Of a stretch of 64,000 bases of DNA, positions 61,506 through 64,000 are shown piece by piece. The stretch covers positions 9,490 through 73,489 of the forward strand of contig JACPTZ010000218.1 of the NCBI GenBank assembly GCA_016192525.1, written 5' to 3'. Origin of the DNA: Planctomycetota bacterium (GTDB lineage: Bacteria; Planctomycetota; MHYJ01; JACPTZ01). Each line of letters opens with the position of its first letter. Within the stretch, counting starts at the first letter, position 1. The notes under the pieces were generated by a model. That model was not told where the DNA came from. It was given only the letters and a program-made list of their open reading frames with translations, and did no database searches. A program made the translations under genes and the position numbers.

Positions 61506-62612
61506 ATGTTCGAGATCATCCCCGACCGCAAAGCCTACCGCCGCCTCCAGCACCTTTTGCCCGCGCACCGGACGATGCTGGCCGATCCGGTCCGGAATCG
61601 CGCCTTCTTCGAGGCGCTGCGGCGGTCGGTCACGTCGCGCTCCCGAGTCCTCGACGTCGGGGCGGGGACCGGGATCTGGGCGATCGCGGCGGCCCGGCTC
61701 GGGGCCCGGAGGGTGGTGGCCATCGAGAAGGAGCGCCTTCTGATTCCGCTCATCCGGCGGCTCGCGGAAGAGTAGGGGGTCGCCGATCGGGTGGAGGTGC
61801 TGCAGGGCGACTCGCGGCGGCTCGCGGCGGAGGCCATCGAACAGAGCGTTGGAGCAACCTCCCCGGTGGGGCGCGGCGCGCCGGCGCCGCTCCGTTCGCC
61901 CGCCCGTCGAGCCGATCCTGCGAGTTTCGATCTCCTCGTCACGGAGACGATCGGCCGTCAGGGCTTTGACGAATCGATCGTTCCGACGGTGATCGATGCC
62001 CGCCGTCGATTCCTCCGCGAGGGGGCCACGATCGTCCCGCGGACCATCGCGCTCCGGGCGGCCCCGGTCCGGATGGACTGGCTGGCGGCCCCGATCCCCG
62101 CGGGTCTTTCCAACGGGGCGCCGCTCGTAGCGCCGCCGTCAGGCGGCCGGTCGAATCACGGCCTGCGACTCGGCGTTCTCGAATCGTTGCTTCTTGAGGT
62201 CCCGATCGCCCCTCCTGAACGCGAGCGGTTCGCTCTCCTCGCGAGGCCGGTCTCGCTGATCGAGGTCGATCTCGCCACGGTGCAGCGTCCCCCCCGCCTC
62301 CACAACCTCACGGCGAGTTGGCGCCTCAACGATACCCGCCGTCTGAACGGGATCGCCCTCTGGGTGGAGGCCGGGATCGCGCCCGGGGTCCGGCTCTCCA
62401 CCCGATCCGACACGCACTGGGCGCCCACGCTTTTCCCGCTCGCCCCGTTCCGCGCCCGCCGGGGCACTCTCGAGGCCTCGATCTCCCTCCCGCCCCGCCC
62501 CACCTGCTGGACCGCCTCGCTCCACGCGAACGGCCGCGTCGAGCGCCAGTCCCGCGGACCGCTCTTCGCCTATCTCGCGATGACGCGGAACCGGTCGCAC
62601 AACGCGCCCTGA
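61506..62612 (+). pseudogene. PRMT-fold (protein arginine N-methyltransferase-like) SAM methyltransferase interrupted by a single in-frame TAG
   Basis: HRTMLADPVRNRAF, VLDVGAGTGIWAIAAARLGARRVVAIE, [TAG 61773-61775], DLLVTETIGRQGFDES (double-E loop), DTHWAPTLF (THW loop); both halves are in the same frame. Confidence 0.7.
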
Positions 62613-62689
62613 CGCCTGCCCGCCATCTGCATGGCGGGGGACGCACCACGAACGGCACCCCCTGCGCGGCCGACGCCGATACTTCCTCC

Positions 62690-62725
62690 TTGACACGTCA
62701 TCATCATCATCATCATCATCATAAT
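62690..62725 (+). promoter_or_regulatory. candidate promoter with (CAT)8 microsatellite in the spacer, family D copy 2
   Basis: TTGACA (62690-62695), cgt + (CAT)8 (62699-62722), with CATAAT (62720-62725) as the homolog of GATAAT in copy 1; spacer 24 nt. Confidence 0.45.
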
Positions 62726-62777
62726 GCTGGCTCGTCAGCGTGTGGGGCATCGCAAACCCTGTTCACGGAGACGGGCC

Positions 62778-64000
62778 ATGGGGACGAGGAGAGCGTCATG
62801 GGAGTGCGCCGCGGGAGCGGCGCGGGGACGTATCGCGGGCGCGGGCCTCGTGGGGCAGGCGTCCCCGCCTGCCCCACGGGCCCCACGTGTCGCGCGTGAC
62901 GCGGGCGAGGACGCCCGCGCCACGGCGGCCGGGCGCGTCCCGCGGGTGGGGCTGGCCCTGATGATGGCGTTCGTCGTCTTTGCGGGCGCCGCGCGCGAGG
63001 CCCGGGCGCAGACCCCCGGCCCCGGCGGAGTCGTCATCATCGGGGTGAATCTGTCCGGCCAGTGGGACTTCGACATGACAGTGCTGAACGCCTCGGACCC
63101 GGCCATGATCGGCCGGACCTTCACAGGCTCCTTTACCGTGACCGGCGGGGTGCCGGACTACCTCGGCGAGGGCACCTTCAACGGTCTCCCGGCCACCATC
63201 AGCGGAGACGGCTCGATCGATCTCTCGGACGGGACAACGATCGTCCTCTCGGACCACATCGCGACGACCGATTCGACCACGACCTTCACCGCCACGCTCG
63301 TGTCCGGTGACTTCGGTACAGGCACGTTCCAGGGCGGCACGGTGGACGACCTGCAGACCTGGAGCGGGGTCTTCAAGATCGCCATCACGCGGACACCGAC
63401 GCAGCCGCCGGAGGAACAGATCCGGAGCGCCTCCGAGACGGCGGCGCAGAACATGACAGATACGGCTACGGTCGCGTCGGCCGGCATCCGCTCGACGGCC
63501 GAAGCCGCCTTGGCCGAGATGCAAGAGGCCCCGACAGTGCGGGAAGTTCGGGAGATCGCCCGGCGGGCGGAGGCCGCCATGTCGGCGATTGTTAGAGCTT
63601 CATTCCACACCATCGAGGATGAGATGCGGCGTTTTCGTTCCGTCGCCGATGGTATTGTCAGCTCCGCTTCAAAGGGAGATCAGCGCACTCTGCGTCGCGT
63701 CGCCGGGTCTCTGACTGGACAGATCGGCACTCGCGCCGGCGAAGCGAAGCGGCGCGTAATGGATGCCTCGCAAGATGGACGCATGCTGTTCCAGGATGTG
63801 AGAGCGGGGAGGGGGAAGAAGAAGCCGCTGGTCGAGATACGAGACAACGGGATGTCGATCTATGAGTACCCCTCGGCCATCGGAGAAACAAAGTTCAAAC
63901 TCGGTGACACTACTTACGGCGGCAGGATCGTGCATGCGTTTGAGGTGGTCTGGCCCACGGGGCCGGGCTACAAGATCGAGCAGTGGATAAAGCGAACGAT
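62778..64000 (+). CDS. family D secreted protein, copy 2, intact and running off the right window edge
   Basis: Hand translation from ATG 62778 is open to base 64000 (not in the ORF track because no stop is reached). Signal peptide ..LALMMAFVVFAGAAREARA/QTPGPGGVVIIGVNLSGQWDFDMTV. The true start may be GTG/ATG 62947-62962, because 62778-62946 contains a perfect 12-bp hairpin and aligns to the copy 1 leader. Confidence 0.7.
   Translation, partial: MGTRRASWECAAGAARGRIAGAGLVGQASPPAPRAPRVARDAGEDARATAAGRVPRVGLALMMAFVVFAGAAREARAQTPGPGGVVIIGVNLSGQWDFDMTVLNASDPAMIGRTFTGSFTVTGGVPDYLGEGTFNGLPATISGDGSIDLSDGTTIVLSDHIATTDSTTTFTATLVSGDFGTGTFQGGTVDDLQTWSGVFKIAITRTPTQPPEEQIRSASETAAQNMTDTATVASAGIRSTAEAALAEMQEAPTVREVREIARRAEAAMSAIVRASFHTIEDEMRRFRSVADGIVSSASKGDQRTLRRVAGSLTGQIGTRAGEAKRRVMDASQDGRMLFQDVRAGRGKKKPLVEIRDNGMSIYEYPSAIGETKFKLGDTTYGGRIVHAFEVVWPTGPGYKIEQWIKRT

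Overview
This is a very GC-rich bacterial chromosomal window. Codon third positions are strongly G/C-biased, so most long antisense or off-frame ORFs in the track are composition artefacts. All calls rest on motif recognition by eye; nothing was searched or folded.

Recognisable core genes:
- A beta-oxidation cluster: thiolase, 3-hydroxyacyl-CoA dehydrogenase, enoyl-CoA hydratase, acyl-CoA dehydrogenase, ETF beta and a truncated ETF alpha.
- gltA.
- The replication-origin neighbourhood: uvrC, dnaA, a small membrane gene, dnaN, a DUF721/DciA-like gene and gyrB.
- moaB, an M23/LysM peptidase, tRNA-Gly(CCC), serS and rsmD.
- A complete assimilatory sulfate-reduction operon: TauE-like permease, cysH, a sat-cysC fusion, sirC, cobA and sulfite reductase.

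Between these lie large orphan secreted, HEAT and beta-propeller proteins, an FHA protein, and a Ski2-like helicase / beta-propeller / AAA+ cluster. There is also a 1518-aa Ser/Thr kinase, and a eukaryote-like PRMT-fold methyltransferase interrupted by one in-frame TAG.

Signals not explained by ordinary annotation:
1. Two tandem Cys-codon-rich leader ORFs (..AMCCCG, ..AMCCCMC..) sit behind a near-consensus promoter and directly upstream of the sulfate-assimilation operon. Each is followed by an intrinsic terminator. I read this as a candidate cysteine-sensing attenuator.
2. A paralogous secreted-protein family at 41.1 kb and 62.8 kb shares a promoter and leader. A (CAT)6 versus (CAT)8 microsatellite lies in the -35/-10 spacer. 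The 5' modules are conserved and the lower-GC C-termini diverge. One copy is disrupted by a frameshifting deletion.
3. At least three families of nested-palindrome intergenic elements are present, one of them with MITE-like TA-flanked terminal inverted repeats. A dispersed 24-mer also occurs inside coding linkers in both orientations.

No CRISPR array, rRNA, integrase or transposase was seen.
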